Assembly (NCBI GenBank): GCA_024137785.1
Contig: JAHRHZ010000012.1
Span: 37,693,431-37,757,430 of the forward strand
DNA: 64,000 nucleotides
Origin: Ginglymostoma cirratum
Taxonomy: Eukaryota
Direction of reading: 5' to 3'
The notes under the pieces were generated by a model. The model saw only the letters and a list, made by a program, of their open reading frames with translations. It had not been told where the DNA came from and did not search any database. The position numbers were made by a program, and so were the translations under genes. Positions 60,761 through 64,000 of this stretch are shown here, piece after piece. Each line of letters starts with the position of its first letter. Within the stretch, counting starts at the first letter, position 1.

Positions 60761-62639
60761 AGGAACTCTCAAGAATTTATTTAGTTGAGCACTTGAAATG
60801 CAATAGCATACAAGGCTACTGGCCAAGTGATGGAAAATGGGATCAGAATGGATGGATGTTTGATGATCAGCAGAGATATCATGGCTGAAGGACCTCTTTC
60901 CGTGCTGTAAAAACGCTGACTCACTTGGGTTCTGGACAATTTCATCTAAACATTGACAATGAGATCAAGAAAGTTAGTATCTTCTCATAAACTGCACTGG
61001 TTTCTGTCATCTGAGTTTTCTTCAGTGACGATAGGAATGGAGTGGAAAACATTATGCCAACCCTCTGTAAGCATAGATTTCCATCCTGTTTAAATAATGG
61101 AACAATTTTCTTATGCCAATGTCAACAGAATAATTCTTATTTTTGGGTTCCGTTACAAGTCTATGAAGCCCAATGAAAGCTTCTATTGTTTGTACTTTGG
61201 TTGGTCAAGATCTGTTCTTTTTTCCTGGGCCAGCTGTTCTCTAACTGTTTTATCAGATCTTTGCCCACCTAATCTATCTATAATCCCTTTCTAGATTCCT
61301 TATGCCTCCTTGCAACTTACTTCCCTATCTATCTTGGTGTCATCAGCAAATGTAATAACCATAACTTTGGTCCCTTCATCCAAGTTAGCTACACAAAATT
61401 ATAAAACGTTGATGCTCCATTCATCCCTGTGACACAGCATTCGTTACACCTTGCCAACCGACTAATGACTCAATTATGCCTACTGTTCCCTGTTCACTAG
61501 ACAATCTTCTCGCCTGCCAATAATATCGCATACACTTGTATGTTCCACAATAATCTCTCATGTACCAAGTGCTTCTGGAAATTTAAGGTGACTCTCCTTT
61601 ATCTCAGCACAAGTATTTTCCTCAAAGATCTTCAATAAATCGGTTAAACTTAATTTCCTTCTCACAAAACCATGTTGAGTCTGCCTAATTACCTATAACA
61701 TCTTTAATAACAGCCTCTAGTATTTCAGCTGATTGTAGAATATAGGTCTGTTTTCTTTGAGATTGTAAGATATTTTGACTTTTCTCTGCCCAAAATCTCT
61801 ATAACATCACAAGGCTGAAGCTTAACACATTTTCTAACATTAACTCTGTCAGAACAATTATATTTTTTCACAAAACGAAATAAATAATATATACACAGGA
61901 TTTAGTACAGTATTAATCTACATAACACCGTAGATGTGTTCCTGAAAAGGGCAACTTTAAGTGAAATAGCATTAAATGAATTAGATATTCCCATCGTGAT
62001 TAATGTAAACACTGGAATTAGTTTCGATAGAAACTTTCTCATCAGAAAAGAAATCTTTAAAACGCTATTTAACCTTGCAGGATATAATTATTTTGCTGAA
62101 TTACTATATTCATAAATTAACCTTTTTTTTTAAAAATTAACTTAAAAAAGTTAAAAGGAGCAATGCTAACTCCTTCTATTCATCTTAAGCTTATCACCGC
62201 TCAAGCTCTGCCTCTGGAACACTGCTGATCCAGTGCAAAAGAGGCATTAAAACAAAACTCTTGATACAAAAGATGCACACAGGCCTATTAATTGACTGAC
62301 ATTAAAACAACTTAAAACACAAGAATTAGTTATTCAGGTCAGGGAGAGTAGTCAATGACAATCACAAGTTAGTATCCCTCATTCTACAAGGTGCAATGTT
62401 TTCAAGGGCTTATCCTGCTAAACAAAAGTATTATAAAATGGAAATTAATCATGACATCCAAGATTTGTATCTGCTAGGACTTCAACCTGTGAAAGAGTGG
62501 AGAAATACTAAAAGCAACTTGTAGATGCCGGAGTTCAATTGCACATTGGCAAACACCAGAGTTTTTTGTGGAGCTTCATGGTTGTGATCATGATCAATAC
62601 TGAGTTTTACCATCATTGCAATAGAGTTTCATGGCTACC

Positions 62640-62930
62640 GATTTTTTTTAACTCACTCTTGGGATGTGGTGTTGCTGGCTGGGTCAGCATTTATTGCCCA
62701 TTCCTAAATACCCTGGAGAAGGTGGAGGTGAGTCGCCTTCTTGAACTGCTGCAGTCCATGTGGCTTTAGGTAGATCCACAATGCTGGGAGGGAGGGAATT
62801 CCAGGAATTTGACCCAGTAACAGTGAAGGAACGGCAACATCTTTCCAAGTGCAGCTGGTGGTGTCCACATGTACCTGCTGCCCTTGTCATGCAAGATGAA
62901 AGTGGTCGTGCTTTGGAAAGTGGTGTCTGA
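62640..62930 (-). mobile_element. CR1-type LINE 3' end
   Basis: SFTVTGSNSWNSLPPSIV fragment and a GGGCAATAAATGCTG..CACATCCC tail. Confidence 0.75.
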
Positions 62931-63369
62931 GCTTTTTTGCAAATTTCTGCATTACCTCCAACCATTTCCTGATGTCATGATAACTCAATTCTACAAACGA
63001 TTATTTCTGAAAATATCTCAAAAATATATTTTACCTTTCCACATGCCAAAACCTTTGTCTGAAATTTCTTATTGGCTTCAGTTCTCATATTTTCTAATAT
63101 TTCTTCATTCTGAAAAAGCCAACATCTCTTCTGTGTACTGTTGTTAAACATCTTTGAACATCATTTAGCATTCACTCCTGTTGTCAAATATAAAACAGAA
63201 CAATATCATGAGTTGTTTAAAAATGTAATGGTTTTCACACAGTCTACAGCATGTCACTTGCACCTCTGATCGACAACTTGATAATGCAAGAACAATGAGA
63301 ACACACTAGAGTGTGTACAGATGAGACTGACAAGGATGTTGCTGTGAATGGTAGTGGTGGTGGTGGACC

Positions 63370-64000
63370 AAAAAAACTCGATGGAGGAGGAGGTGGCTCT
63401 ACAAATATCTCCATCTTCAATAATGGAGTAGCAAAAGACAAGGCTCAAGCATTTGAAACAATCTTCAGTTAGAGGTCTCGAGCAGATGATCCATCTTAAC
63501 TCTCTCGGAAAGACAAGCAACACAGATGCCAGTCTTCAATCAACTCAATTGACTCTCCATAAGATCACTAAATGGGTGAATGTACTAGATACTGCAAAGG
63601 TCATGAGTCCTGACAACATGCCAGCAACAGTACCCAAGACTTATGTTTCAAAACCTGCACTCCCATAGCCAAGCAGTTCCAATATACTTCGAACACTGGC
63701 ATTTACCTAGCAATGTGGATAACTGTCCAACAACCGGTGCACAAAAACCAGGACAAATCCAACCCAGTCAATTACCACCCCATCAGTCTAATCTCGAACA
63801 CGAGTAAAATCTTGGCAGAGGTCATCAACAGTGTTATCAAGCTGCACTCGCTGAGCAATAACCTGCTTACTGACGCCCAATTTAGATTCTGCCAAGGCCA
63901 CTAAGTGCACGCGTAATTACAGGCTTGACTCAAACATAACAAAAGAGCTGAATGTAAGAAGGGAACATGAGAATTGACACGAAGACCACATGTGACACAG
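63370..64000 (+). mobile_element. CR1-type LINE ORF2 fragment
   Basis: PVHKNQDKSNPVNYHPISLISNTSKILAEVIN..LLTDAQFRFCQGH. Confidence 0.85.

Noticed and set aside
56278-64000. CCNH exon 1 and promoter
   Set aside because: No MYHNSSQ-like coding sequence or CpG island is visible, so it probably lies beyond the window end.

Overview
Eukaryotic vertebrate genomic DNA, almost certainly an elasmobranch (shark), as inferred from HE1-type V-SINEs and abundant CR1/HER1 LINEs. Two conserved genes lie tail-to-tail. The last five coding exons and 3'UTR of RASA1 (p120 RasGAP) are on + (1664-17940). Exons 2-9 of CCNH (cyclin H) are on - (56277 down to 28176), and CCNH exon 1 was not found in the window. All exons have canonical GT-AG borders and consistent phases. 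The rest is mostly transposon debris: CR1, RTE and Rex1/Babar LINEs, SINEs, a decayed Gypsy LTR element, an ERV-like LTR element with gag and env-like remnants but no pol, and a hAT transposase relic. The most striking structure is a swarm of more than 15 Penelope-like element (PLE) fragments from at least three families. They carry minimal type I hammerhead ribozyme motifs (CTGANGA-stem II-GAAAC). Many are short palindromic insertions with 12-15 bp target-site duplications, and the solitary intronic copies are all antisense to the host gene. Two N gaps fall inside such palindromes. All calls are by eye with no database search, and TE boundaries are approximate.
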